The translations under genes and the position numbers were made by a program. Below the pieces are notes generated by a model that did no database searches, was not told where the DNA came from, and worked only from the letters and a program-made list of their open reading frames with translations. Shown piece after piece: positions 27,616 through 36,320 of a DNA stretch of 64,000 nucleotides. Position 1 is the first letter of the stretch. Each line of letters opens with the position of its first letter. The DNA is from an uncultured Chloroflexia bacterium (lineage in GTDB: Bacteria; Chloroflexota; Dehalococcoidia; DSTF01; JALHUB01): the NCBI GenBank assembly GCA_963703345.1, contig OY969814.1, forward strand, positions 608,001 through 672,000. Direction: 5' to 3'.

Positions 27616-28329
27616 ATGAAGAACGATCCAGACAGTTTTCTGGCCCAACGCGCCATCATTTCCTTGATCGATCAGGTATACGGTCTCGGCCCCTGGAAGA
27701 CGAAGACGCCCCCGGAGGCAGACATCATAATCGCCCGGTTCAAAGCGGCCACGCCCGACCGGCGCAACCTGATGTGTAAGGCGCTCCGCGGTATGCCCGA
27801 CATACCCCGGTTTGAGATCGGCGGCGTGCTACGGAAGGCCTCGGCAGGGGATAGCCCCGCCCGGCCTATCGTCGAAGCCGTTCTATCGACCTCGCTGGTC
27901 GATCTCGACGGCGACCGTATGTCCGAGAACGCCCTCCGCCAGATGGCCGCGGGCTTCAAGGGCCTCACGATTTTCCTGAACCACAGGTATTCGTGGCCCG
28001 AGGATGTCTTCGGCTCCTGCGGAGGCACCTCGCTAACAAAGAACCAAGCGACGAGTGTTCTTACCGGCACCATCGCGGTCGAGACCGCAAACCCGCGGGC
28101 CCTCCAGTCCTACGCGATGATGAAGAACGGCACGCGCGCCGGCGTATCGGTGGGCGTGATTGTCCTGAGTCATCACCTGGAGAACGCGGCGAAACCGGGT
28201 GGCCCGCAAGTATTCGTCATAGACGATGTTCTCCCGCTGGAGGCGAGCGTCTGCGGCATACCGAGCAACCCGGGTTCGTGGGTCAGTCAGGCAAAATCCG
28301 CGGTCAAGAGCGCATCACAACGGCGCTAG
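27616..28329 (+). CDS. HK97-type prohead protease
   Basis: STSLVDLDGDRM, IFLNH (catalytic His), GVSVG (catalytic Ser), LEASVCGIPSNP. Confidence 0.8.
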   Translation: MKNDPDSFLAQRAIISLIDQVYGLGPWKTKTPPEADIIIARFKAATPDRRNLMCKALRGMPDIPRFEIGGVLRKASAGDSPARPIVEAVLSTSLVDLDGDRMSENALRQMAAGFKGLTIFLNHRYSWPEDVFGSCGGTSLTKNQATSVLTGTIAVETANPRALQSYAMMKNGTRAGVSVGVIVLSHHLENAAKPGGPQVFVIDDVLPLEASVCGIPSNPGSWVSQAKSAVKSASQRR

Positions 28330-28951
28330 CGTAAGCGCCGCTTCGTTCCTCCTCGGGGCCGCTATCGTATCGTCTCCTACAGGCTTGCGGCCCCACAAAA
28401 ACTGAATATGACGCTGCTTTTCCATTAGCAGTAGTCCTTCAAAGGGTGCAAAGGGCAGAATAGTCACTGCTTGAAGGGGCCGGCAACCTGCTCTCCTTTT
28501 TGCCGGCCCCGCGCGCCCGTCCCTAAGCAAGATCTGAAAGCACGCCGCTCCTAGCGTGCTCTGTTGCCCCTGACCCCTGCTGGTGTTCTTGGCATTTGCC
28601 CCAGCAGGGGCCGTTACGTCTGGCGGCAGTAGCACACAGCGCCTCAGCAAACTAGCCCTCCGGTCACTACCACCACCCCCTCGAATCTCTGCGCCCCGTT
28701 GTAGAACAATCGGCCCCACAGCGCCAACGTGGGGCCAATTCGCGCCTATCCCGCCCCTCCCTAGTAGACGGACGCCTTTGCGCCCATCTCGCGTAGATTT
28801 GGCCCTGTAGGGCTCACGTGGCGCTATAGGACGTAACAGAGCTACGCTACGGCCGTTCGGTCATGTAGAGATAGCACGCAGGCGTCAGAATTCCCAACAA
28901 GAGCCGAATGAATGGACTGAAGCCAGATTCAAAGCTAGGAGGACAAGAGAA

Positions 28952-29227
28952 ATGGCATCACTATCGAACCCCTACGCCTCGCTGGCCGCCGCGCAGAAGG
29001 CGCTACGGGAGATCGGAAAGGACGAAGAGGCCCAGCAGATGCAACGCGAGGTCTTTGCCGCGCCCAGCACGCAAGAGATGGAGCAGGTCATCCGCCGCCA
29101 CCTAGAAGCGGCCCAAGCCGAGCAAGATGCGGCCTTCGGGCGACTCGTCGCTGACGTCTTGGGTCACCGGCCTAGTTCGCCGCCTATCTTCCCCCGTGAG
29201 CCTACGCCAATCGATTCACCACGCTAG
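28952..29227 (+). CDS. Small helical hypothetical protein
   Basis: 91-aa ORF with AGGAGG RBS. Confidence 0.6.
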   Translation: MASLSNPYASLAAAQKALREIGKDEEAQQMQREVFAAPSTQEMEQVIRRHLEAAQAEQDAAFGRLVADVLGHRPSSPPIFPREPTPIDSPR

Positions 29228-29306
29228 CCACCAGGAGGCTTCGGCCTCTTGGCCCGCTGACCCGTGGGGGCCGGCGGACGAAGCAGCCGAAGGAGGCAGA
29301 ACGAAA

Positions 29307-29852
29307 ATGGCACGCTACGAAGTAACGAAACACCTGAAGGCGGTCTACCAAGTGGACGCCGAGACCCCAGAAGCGGCGCTGGAAGTGCCGTGGCCGCGCG
29401 AGGATCCGGACGCGGTCAGTATCTTGCGGGAGAGGGCCCGCGACTTGGACAGGAAACCAGCCGCCGGCCCGAAGGTCATCCATGATCGCACGATGCGCGC
29501 TGGCAGAACCTTCGAACGCACCTTCGACGGCACGATCCACCAAGCGGTCGTGCTGCCCGGCGGCCGAATCAAACTCGACGGGCTGGAGGTCTTCAAGAAT
29601 CTGGCCCAGGCGACAGCGGCTATCCGGCCGGGCGTTAGCCTGAACGCATGGGCATGGTGGCGCGAAGTGGAGCCGGCCGCCCCAGCGCCTACGAAACCAT
29701 CGAAGAAGCCGACGAAGGCGGAGCCCGTGACGGCGAAGAAGGTTGACCCAGCCGACCTACGCGCCAGCCTTCCCGCCGAAGATGCGGCGACGCTGGCCAA
29801 GATGGAGAACGGCGAGCCCGAGTCGGCCGAGGAGCAGGAGGGGCAGGCGTAA
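29307..29852 (+). CDS. RAMA/DUF2924-like DNA-binding domain protein
   Basis: GRTFERTFDGTIHQAVVLPGGRIKLDG...FKNLAQATAAI...NAWAWWR; AAGGAGG RBS. Confidence 0.65.
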   Translation: MARYEVTKHLKAVYQVDAETPEAALEVPWPREDPDAVSILRERARDLDRKPAAGPKVIHDRTMRAGRTFERTFDGTIHQAVVLPGGRIKLDGLEVFKNLAQATAAIRPGVSLNAWAWWREVEPAAPAPTKPSKKPTKAEPVTAKKVDPADLRASLPAEDAATLAKMENGEPESAEEQEGQA

Positions 29853-30196
29853 TGGCCGGCGGATACACCTTGAGCACGCAGCACAAGAAGCCTGCGGAGC
29901 GCTGTAAATGCTGCCGGCATCCACACATCGGCTACCACGCCTCCGAGCGTTGCGAGGGGCTCTCGGAAGGGGGATCGCACCTTTGTATGGTAGTGAGCAT
30001 CTCGGAGAAGGGAGTCGCCAGATGCCACGGGCTCAGGACACACAGCTTGAGCTATCGCCTAAGCCGATCTGGGGCGCGTCTCTACGAGGCTATCCCCGCC
30101 CGCAGGCAAGACGACGCTCCCTTATACTGCCCCGAGCACGCGACCCAGTTGGCGATCACCCTGACGATTCAAAGCAGGCAGGAACGGGCCGCCTGA
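29852..30196 (+). CDS. Cys/His-rich hypothetical protein
   Basis: CKCCRHPH, further Cys residues and YCPEH; start overlaps the preceding stop. Confidence 0.55.
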   Translation: MAGGYTLSTQHKKPAERCKCCRHPHIGYHASERCEGLSEGGSHLCMVVSISEKGVARCHGLRTHSLSYRLSRSGARLYEAIPARRQDDAPLYCPEHATQLAITLTIQSRQERAA

Positions 30197-30265
30197 CCGC
30201 CCCGCTGGTGAACCGCCGAGGGCAGGCCGCGAGGCCTGCTTCTCGTCCAGGGTGCGCGCACGCTC

Positions 30266-30811
30266 TTACGTGGACGGATCCACAGCGGCTGCGTAACGCT
30301 CAAGCCGTGTGTGGAGATCGGCAATCTTGTGAAGCCTGTCAGCATCAGTGAGATCCGCGTCGATCACTCCGAGAGCTAGCTCCAAGAGGTCGCGGCGAAT
30401 GCCTTCATCGTCGATTCTGAGGCGGACAACCGCAGCGCGTGCTGCGAGCTTCGGATGGGGTGCGGGAATCTCCTCACCCAGCCGCTTTAGCATTTCGACC
30501 GACATGCCATCCGGCAGACGGTCAATGATCGTTAACGCGCCCTCTCTTTCCGCTTGGTCAACCAGAGCCTTCCATCTGCGGTGAGCATACCCTTCTTCTA
30601 GTTCCGCCAAGACGTCAAACACGGGCTGGAGCTGCACACTCCTCGTTGCCCTGATAGCCTCGTCCTTCCTGCTTTGGCGCTCTGCCTCGAGACGCTGCTG
30701 CTGCATTGCGAGTTCGTCCGCCTGCCGCCAGCGCTGCGCTATCCAAGTAACCGCTAGCGTACCCGCGGCACTGGCTGGGATTAGCAAGAGAGCTTGCCCC
30801 CACGCAATCAT
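30266..30811 (-). CDS. Membrane-anchored hypothetical cargo protein
   Basis: N-terminal TM helix followed by coiled-coil/helical domain. Confidence 0.6.
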   Translation of the reverse strand: MIAWGQALLLIPASAAGTLAVTWIAQRWRQADELAMQQQRLEAERQSRKDEAIRATRSVQLQPVFDVLAELEEGYAHRRWKALVDQAEREGALTIIDRLPDGMSVEMLKRLGEEIPAPHPKLAARAAVVRLRIDDEGIRRDLLELALGVIDADLTDADRLHKIADLHTRLERYAAAVDPST

Positions 30812-30845
30812 CGCGTTTTACTCACACCCCCAACCGTGAGAAACA

Positions 30846-31361
30846 CTAGCCCTCTGTAGGCGGCTCGCGCCAAGGTTCTATCGCCTTCGCTGCAACCGGA
30901 GGGCGCATGGCGTACCAGGACAGAGGCCAAGCCATTATCGCTGTCGACTTCACCCCCTCTGAGTCATCGAGAATGAGGGCAACAAGCGCAAAGGCGATTA
31001 TCACGGTGAGCAGGCCCGGCAGGAATAGCAGGGGGCGGAGGGGCCACACTCGAATCCACAGCCAACTCGTCGCCATGAGTAGACCGGCAAGCGGCATCCA
31101 TAGTAGCTGAGCCAGAATCCCAAAGATGCCCAACGTCAAAACGAGCAAACAACCGGTCGCGGCTTTGGTGAGGTACCCGACCGGAATGAGAACGAAAGTG
31201 AGCACTGAGCAGATGCCTATTGAACAGCGTAGGGCGAAGCGCGTGACGACATCCGCCTCGTCAATGATGGGGTCTAAGCTGGCCAGAATAGTTCCGCTAC
31301 CGCGCACGCGGGTATTCTGCGCTTCCGCCGGAGGCGCGTCAAGGGGCGGGCCCACCTTCAC
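30846..31361 (-). CDS. Multi-pass membrane protein (paralog A); start uncertain
   Basis: Hydrophobic; TSWLWIRVWPLRPLL...AWP. Confidence 0.55.
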   Translation of the reverse strand: MKVGPPLDAPPAEAQNTRVRGSGTILASLDPIIDEADVVTRFALRCSIGICSVLTFVLIPVGYLTKAATGCLLVLTLGIFGILAQLLWMPLAGLLMATSWLWIRVWPLRPLLFLPGLLTVIIAFALVALILDDSEGVKSTAIMAWPLSWYAMRPPVAAKAIEPWREPPTEG

Positions 31362-31437
31362 CTTGACGGAGCCCTCGGCACGACGCACAATGGCCGCATT
31401 CCCCTGCGAATCATGCGGGTGAGGGACGGGAGTATGG

Positions 31438-31929
31438 GTGACGTTAGGCACCGCGCGGGATTGGAGGGAACTAGGGGTGCAGTTGATCAGGATAGGAAAC
31501 TCTATCGTCGAGGAGTATGATCTCACCGGTCTTGCGGCCGTGTCCAGTCGCATTATTATCGGGGGCTTCATGATTGTGATGTGGCCCTTCTTGCTGGTGG
31601 GGATAGTGCTGGGCATCCCTCTCGCGGTCGCCAAGGGTTGCTTGCCATGTCTCTTCGCAATTCCTTTACTGTTGTTCAACGTGGTTCACCTGGTGCTTCT
31701 GGCCCCTCTTTTGGGCACGAGCTATCTATGGGGTAGGGCACCGCTGTTGCGCCCCGTGCTCATGATCGTGTCTATTCCCATCGCTCTGATTGACGCAGCA
31801 TTTCTGCTAACAATGCACGGGATGCTGGAGAACCCAGGAACGATCATCACGGTGCCGCTCTCATGGCCAGCTACGGTCAGAGCTTTCGAAAGAAGACAGA
31901 TCAGAACGAATCCAGGGCTCCCTTTCTGA
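31438..31929 (+). CDS. Multi-pass membrane protein (paralog B)
   Basis: Hydrophobic; TSYLWGRAPLLRPVL...SWP. Confidence 0.55.
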   Translation: MTLGTARDWRELGVQLIRIGNSIVEEYDLTGLAAVSSRIIIGGFMIVMWPFLLVGIVLGIPLAVAKGCLPCLFAIPLLLFNVVHLVLLAPLLGTSYLWGRAPLLRPVLMIVSIPIALIDAAFLLTMHGMLENPGTIITVPLSWPATVRAFERRQIRTNPGLPF

Positions 31930-31976
31930 TGCCGAGGCATTCGATGCCGCGCCGCCGCAAGGTAGGGGCTGACTCG

Positions 31977-32771
31977 TCAGCCGGCTTGTGGGGGCAGTTT
32001 CGGCAAGTGGGGGAGGTCACTCATGGTCACCCACGGCCACTCACGCTTCGGATCGTATGCGTACTGACCCATCCTGAGAATCAGCACGTTGACCGCTGCC
32101 TTGATCCACTCAATTTCCTCTGGGGTGTGATCACGAGGCACGAGTGGCATCTTGCGTGCTGTTTGCTCGTTTCCGACTTCGGTACTAAGGTGGCCCAGCT
32201 TGCTAAGTACGTGCAATGCCACAGAATAGCGATTCGACGCCGCAGACCGGCCCCCTGCTCTTCTTTGGAGAACTGTCAGGCAGAAATAGGCCATGTCGGT
32301 CAGCCGCACCCGGTGATCTAGATAGCTGCGAAACAGAAACCACATGGTCTCGACGTCCGGAGAGATGTCGAAGTCGACAGGCGGATCTGGATACTTCCTG
32401 CTGGTGACGCTGAGTGTGGGGGGCAAGGCAACGGCCACCGCGACGGCCACAGGAACATGCACGATTTGGGGACTTCCCGGCGGTGGCGGGTCGCGATCAA
32501 TAATTTTCGCCGACTCGAACTCAAAGTGGAAGCCAGAGGTGCCCGACCGAAGGGCCGTTCCCATCTCCCACCTGTCCAAATACGTCTTGACGCCTTGTCG
32601 TGCGTCTTCTTCGGACGGGTAATGCGTCTGCATTTCGAAGGTCGCGATGTCGTCGCGCAGGGTCAGGCGGAAGTCATTGGTGTTCCACTGGACTGGCGGT
32701 GGATTGTCAAAAATAATGCCTGCTGCGGCGATGGCTCGATAGCGCAGCAACTGGACGTGTGGATCTCTCAT
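31977..32771 (-). CDS. Hypothetical cargo protein
   Basis: 264-aa ORF from MRDPHV with GGAAGGG RBS; beta-rich N-terminus and helical C-terminus. Confidence 0.65.
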   Translation of the reverse strand: MRDPHVQLLRYRAIAAAGIIFDNPPPVQWNTNDFRLTLRDDIATFEMQTHYPSEEDARQGVKTYLDRWEMGTALRSGTSGFHFEFESAKIIDRDPPPPGSPQIVHVPVAVAVAVALPPTLSVTSRKYPDPPVDFDISPDVETMWFLFRSYLDHRVRLTDMAYFCLTVLQRRAGGRSAASNRYSVALHVLSKLGHLSTEVGNEQTARKMPLVPRDHTPEEIEWIKAAVNVLILRMGQYAYDPKREWPWVTMSDLPHLPKLPPQAG

Positions 32772-32818
32772 CGAATTGCATCCCTTCCGCGCTATTCTGC
32801 GCTTCCGCTCTAGGCGCG

Positions 32819-33451
32819 TCAAGGGGCTGTAACGCTTAGGCCGGCCGAAAGCTCCTTGTCGCCCGCAAGCGCTAGCGCCTTGTGGCGGCGCAGGTGACAG
32901 GGCCGACATCTAAGTTCAAAACCTTCAGGCCAGCAGCCGTTCTCGTCGTGGTAGCGCACCATAGCCCGGTAGAGGCGGGTTCCGACACCATCGCGTAGAG
33001 GCCCAGCAGGATATCGGATGTCGCCCCGACCATAGATGTGATCTAGGTGGTCGCCCCGTGGCCCGCATCCGTTCTGGCCGACCGGAACACCACAGTCGAC
33101 GCATTTGCCCCCGTAGCCGGCGAGCACCTTAGAGCGGACGGCCGCGTTGCGCGCCCGATCCCGCTCCCGCGCGCCCTCCAGATCAGCAGTGCGGTGGGCC
33201 CGGTTCAGTGCGTTCCTATGCGTCGGCTGACATTCTGGGCAGTGTAAGGGAGGCCGGGTCGTCGATATCATACGAGCGCCGCAACCAACGCATTCGGTGA
33301 GTAGGTTGGCCCCGTAGCGCTTGCGCTTCAGTGTGTTGTCTCGCTTCCGCTGACACTCTGGACAGCGCCACCGGACGCCCGTTGCTGGCTGGACGATAGG
33401 CACGCCGCAATCTAGGCAATGAGTAGGGCGGGCGACCTTCTTGTAAGACAT
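32819..33451 (-). CDS. Zinc-finger plus HNH-like endonuclease
   Basis: Four N-terminal CxxC motifs (two zinc fingers), then CVDCG...LDHIYG...GFELRCRPCH. Confidence 0.7.
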   Translation of the reverse strand: MSYKKVARPTHCLDCGVPIVQPATGVRWRCPECQRKRDNTLKRKRYGANLLTECVGCGARMISTTRPPLHCPECQPTHRNALNRAHRTADLEGARERDRARNAAVRSKVLAGYGGKCVDCGVPVGQNGCGPRGDHLDHIYGRGDIRYPAGPLRDGVGTRLYRAMVRYHDENGCWPEGFELRCRPCHLRRHKALALAGDKELSAGLSVTAP

Positions 33452-33644
33452 CTTCTCATAGTGAGTAACGAACGAGTGGCCCCAATGTGTCGAAGAAAAG
33501 GGGCAGATTGCTAGGGGGTAGGTTGCGCCTAGCGATAGACCGAGTAATAAGTGGCACCGACCGGCGTTGTTGTAGGTGATCGCGCATCCGAGACGCCCTT
33601 CAGAGCTGCTAGGTTGTGCCGATGATAGAGGTGAGGGAATCAGG

Positions 33645-35366
33645 ATGAAGAAGGCATTGGGCATCGCGAGGGTTTCGACTGAACGGCAGTCGGCAAATGA
33701 TAGAGTATCGCACGCCGAACAAGCCGCCAAGATTCGCGCGTGGGCAGAGGCCAACGGCTACACTTGCGTCGGCGTGCTAGAAGAGACCGTCAGCCGTAAC
33801 AAGGAACTCGACCCGGACGATCACGATAGCCGTCCGATATTCTGGCAGGCCTGGGATCGCTTGAAGTCCGGCGAGGTCGATGCGCTGGTGTTCTGGGTGC
33901 CCGACCGATTCTGCGCTGGCCAAGGCGGGGCCGACTTCGTCTACTGGCTCGCCCAGAGCCGCAAGTACGGCGACGGGATCCGATTCACGGAGAATGAGCC
34001 GCCACGCGACGGCGCTTACGCGACCATCATGAACGCCGTCGCCGGCTCTCAGGCCCATGCTAGCTGGGATCGGCTGATCGAGATTATGAAGGCCGGGAGG
34101 GAAGGCCACGCCAAGCGCGGCGAGTTCGCCGGCGGCGCATTGCCCTTCTGGATTAAATGGGTAAAGCCGGTCAAGAACGACGATGGCTCGGTGACAAGAG
34201 GCTACTTCGAACTCAAAGCCGAAGAGTCTGCCTTGATGCACCGAATTATCGACCTGTTTGAGGGCGGCCTCGGTAGCGAGAAAATTGCGAACATCCTGAC
34301 CGATGAGCGTGTTCCTACGCCGTCCAGCCGCAGTCCCCAGTGGCGCGAGCACAGCAAGAAGCGCCGGGCGAATGTCTGGGACGGTGCTACCATCCTGTCC
34401 TGCCTCCACAATCGGGCCCTCTGCGGCGAATACATCTTCGGGGGCCGGCCCCGCGGCAAGCTCGACACGCGGGCCCAAGAGCCGGTCATCGTCCCGGTGC
34501 CTCCACTGATCACTAGTGAGCGCTTTGACGCCGTCCAGCAACAAATGATGCGCAATAAGAAGTCTGGAACGGCGCGCCAATCGAGCGGCTGGCCGCTACA
34601 GGGGCTGATACTGAGCGAGGCGTGCGGATACCTCTACTCGGCGCGCACGGATGGCCGCACACAGCGCCGTGTTTACCGCTGTCCCGGCAGACAGGCCAGG
34701 CGGCACCGTGTGGACGGGAATACGTGTCACTGCCCGCCTTTGCCCGCTGACGGGCTTGAGCGGGCGGTTGTAGCGGCCGTGCGCCGGCTACTACAGGATC
34801 CAGACGCACGCCGCAAGGCCGTGGGTGACTACATCGCCAGCCTAGAAAGCCGGAAGGCGGTGCTGGCGGGCCAGTTGGGGCCGCTCGATACTGACCTCGA
34901 CCGGATCCAGACGGCCATCGATGACATGACAGTTGCGGTATCCCTAGGCCGGTTGTCGCGGGATAGGTACGACGCGGAAGTGGCTAAGCTGGAGGCCGAA
35001 CGGATAATGCTGCAGCACCGGCGGGAGAATTTCGGAGCCGTCGAGCGCGAGCTTCGGCAAGTCGAGGAATCGCTGGCCGATATCAACAGCGCGATTGATG
35101 ATGGGCTACTCCACATCAGCGTCGTAGCGCACGGCGGGCACGGGAAGCCTAGCGCCATTGCGTGGCTGGACACCGACTCGGACGATTTCGTGCTGCGGCA
35201 AGAATCCTTTGCCGACCTAGTGCGCCGGCTACGTCTTCGGGTCGTGGTGCGCAGCGATGGCCGCATCGAGATCACCGGGCTACTCCAGCCCCTCGCGGTC
35301 ACGCTTCCTGATGGCCCCAGAACTGCTTCGGCTCCCGCAGGTTCGGATAGACGACGAAGGGGATGA
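33645..35366 (+). CDS. Large serine recombinase (integrase)
   Basis: ARVSTERQS catalytic motif, PDRF, recombinase domain, zinc ribbon (LQGLILSEACG...YRCPG...CHC), coiled coil; ORF reads through the att core. Confidence 0.95.
   Translation: MKKALGIARVSTERQSANDRVSHAEQAAKIRAWAEANGYTCVGVLEETVSRNKELDPDDHDSRPIFWQAWDRLKSGEVDALVFWVPDRFCAGQGGADFVYWLAQSRKYGDGIRFTENEPPRDGAYATIMNAVAGSQAHASWDRLIEIMKAGREGHAKRGEFAGGALPFWIKWVKPVKNDDGSVTRGYFELKAEESALMHRIIDLFEGGLGSEKIANILTDERVPTPSSRSPQWREHSKKRRANVWDGATILSCLHNRALCGEYIFGGRPRGKLDTRAQEPVIVPVPPLITSERFDAVQQQMMRNKKSGTARQSSGWPLQGLILSEACGYLYSARTDGRTQRRVYRCPGRQARRHRVDGNTCHCPPLPADGLERAVVAAVRRLLQDPDARRKAVGDYIASLESRKAVLAGQLGPLDTDLDRIQTAIDDMTVAVSLGRLSRDRYDAEVAKLEAERIMLQHRRENFGAVERELRQVEESLADINSAIDDGLLHISVVAHGGHGKPSAIAWLDTDSDDFVLRQESFADLVRRLRLRVVVRSDGRIEITGLLQPLAVTLPDGPRTASAPAGSDRRRRG
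35314..35323 (+). repeat. att core, right copy (GCCCCAGAAC)
   Basis: Identical to 21055-21064; encodes portal (Q)FWG on the minus strand and recombinase GPRT on the plus strand. Confidence 0.92.
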
Positions 35367-35991
35367 AGCCGTACGGGTTCGCCTTCTGGTCGAGGCGGAT
35401 GTTGTCGACCCACAGCTCGAACTCCTGCTCCGTCCAGACCTCGACGACCTCCGACCCATTCGACCTCGCCTTCGCCGGCGTGACGCCGTACAGCATCTCC
35501 GCCTCTTCCGGCAGCAGCGTGTAGCGACTGGCGACGCGCCACACCCGCGACGTGTCGTCGCCCAGCCACCAGACGAAGATGCCCTGCACGTCCGGCGCCG
35601 ACACGCGCACCCGCCGCTCCGCCGTGTCCCAGGTCACCTTGAAGACGCCGTCGCCGAGGACCGACGCGTCGAGCTCCGTCTCCAGGTCGAGCTGCGCGAG
35701 CTGGTTCGCCTCGTAGACGTCCCGCAGCGCCTTCTCCGCCCGACGCGCGGCGTCCTGCGCCTCCGCCGACTCGTCCAGCGGGTCGACGGCGAAGCTCAGC
35801 CCCGACATCATGTATGACACCGTCTTCTCGATGAGCGCCTTCGCGTAGTTGAAGACGAGCCGCCGCTCACGACGGTTCCGCTGGTTGTCGGGCCACTGCT
35901 CGCCCTGGTAGAAGGCGAGGTTGTCGGCATACGCCCGCAGCCGCGTCTTGTCGAGGCTGGCGAGCTGTTGGGGAAGCGTGAGTCCGGTCAT
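35314..35991 (-). pseudogene. Portal protein, 5' fragment (226 codons) of a split gene
   Basis: LAFYQGEQW, LVFNYAKALIEKTVSYM, ASVLGDGVFKVTWD, NPYGFIPFVVYPN...QFWG, then an element-derived HQEA-stop tail. Confidence 0.88.
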
Positions 35992-36017
35992 TTCTAAGCT
36001 CCTTTAGTCTGATGACG

Positions 36018-36320
36018 TTACCCACAACGTCTGAGAATGCGGAAAACCGTCCGCCGTGACAGCGCGAATCGCCGCGCCAGGGCGTCGATGGGCAGGCGCT
36101 CGCAGCGTCGCAGTCGCGCAATCTCCTCGTCGCGGGGCAGCGTGCGCAGGCGTCGCGTGCCGCCCGGCAGGTCGTAGCGACACAGCGGCAGGCGGCAGTT
36201 GAGGCAGGAGGGCGATAGGTCGCAGCCCTCGTCGCGATAGCGCACCTGCTCCGGCAGCGCATCGACGACCGACTGCGCTTCATCGCCAGCTTGGGGCAGG
36301 TCATCCAGTTGCGCCGTCAT
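36018..36320 (-). CDS. Cys-cluster plus HTH DNA-binding protein
   Basis: YRDEGCDLSPSCLNCRLPLCRYD followed by IDALARRFALSRRTVFRIL; lies between terminase and portal. Confidence 0.7.
   Translation of the reverse strand: MTAQLDDLPQAGDEAQSVVDALPEQVRYRDEGCDLSPSCLNCRLPLCRYDLPGGTRRLRTLPRDEEIARLRRCERLPIDALARRFALSRRTVFRILRRCG

Larger units (their letters stand above)
21055..35323. mobile_element. 14.26-kb serine-recombinase integrative element (satellite-like) inserted in the portal gene
   Basis: 10-bp direct repeats, terminal large serine recombinase, rep/HNH/protease cargo, visibly more CTAG than the host DNA, in-frame portal restoration on excision. Confidence 0.92.

Noticed and set aside
21055-35323. 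Avoidance of GTCGAC by the element as adaptation to the neighbouring RM system
   Set aside because: The element contains the site several times (near 30943, 32373 and 33094); no statistical count was possible
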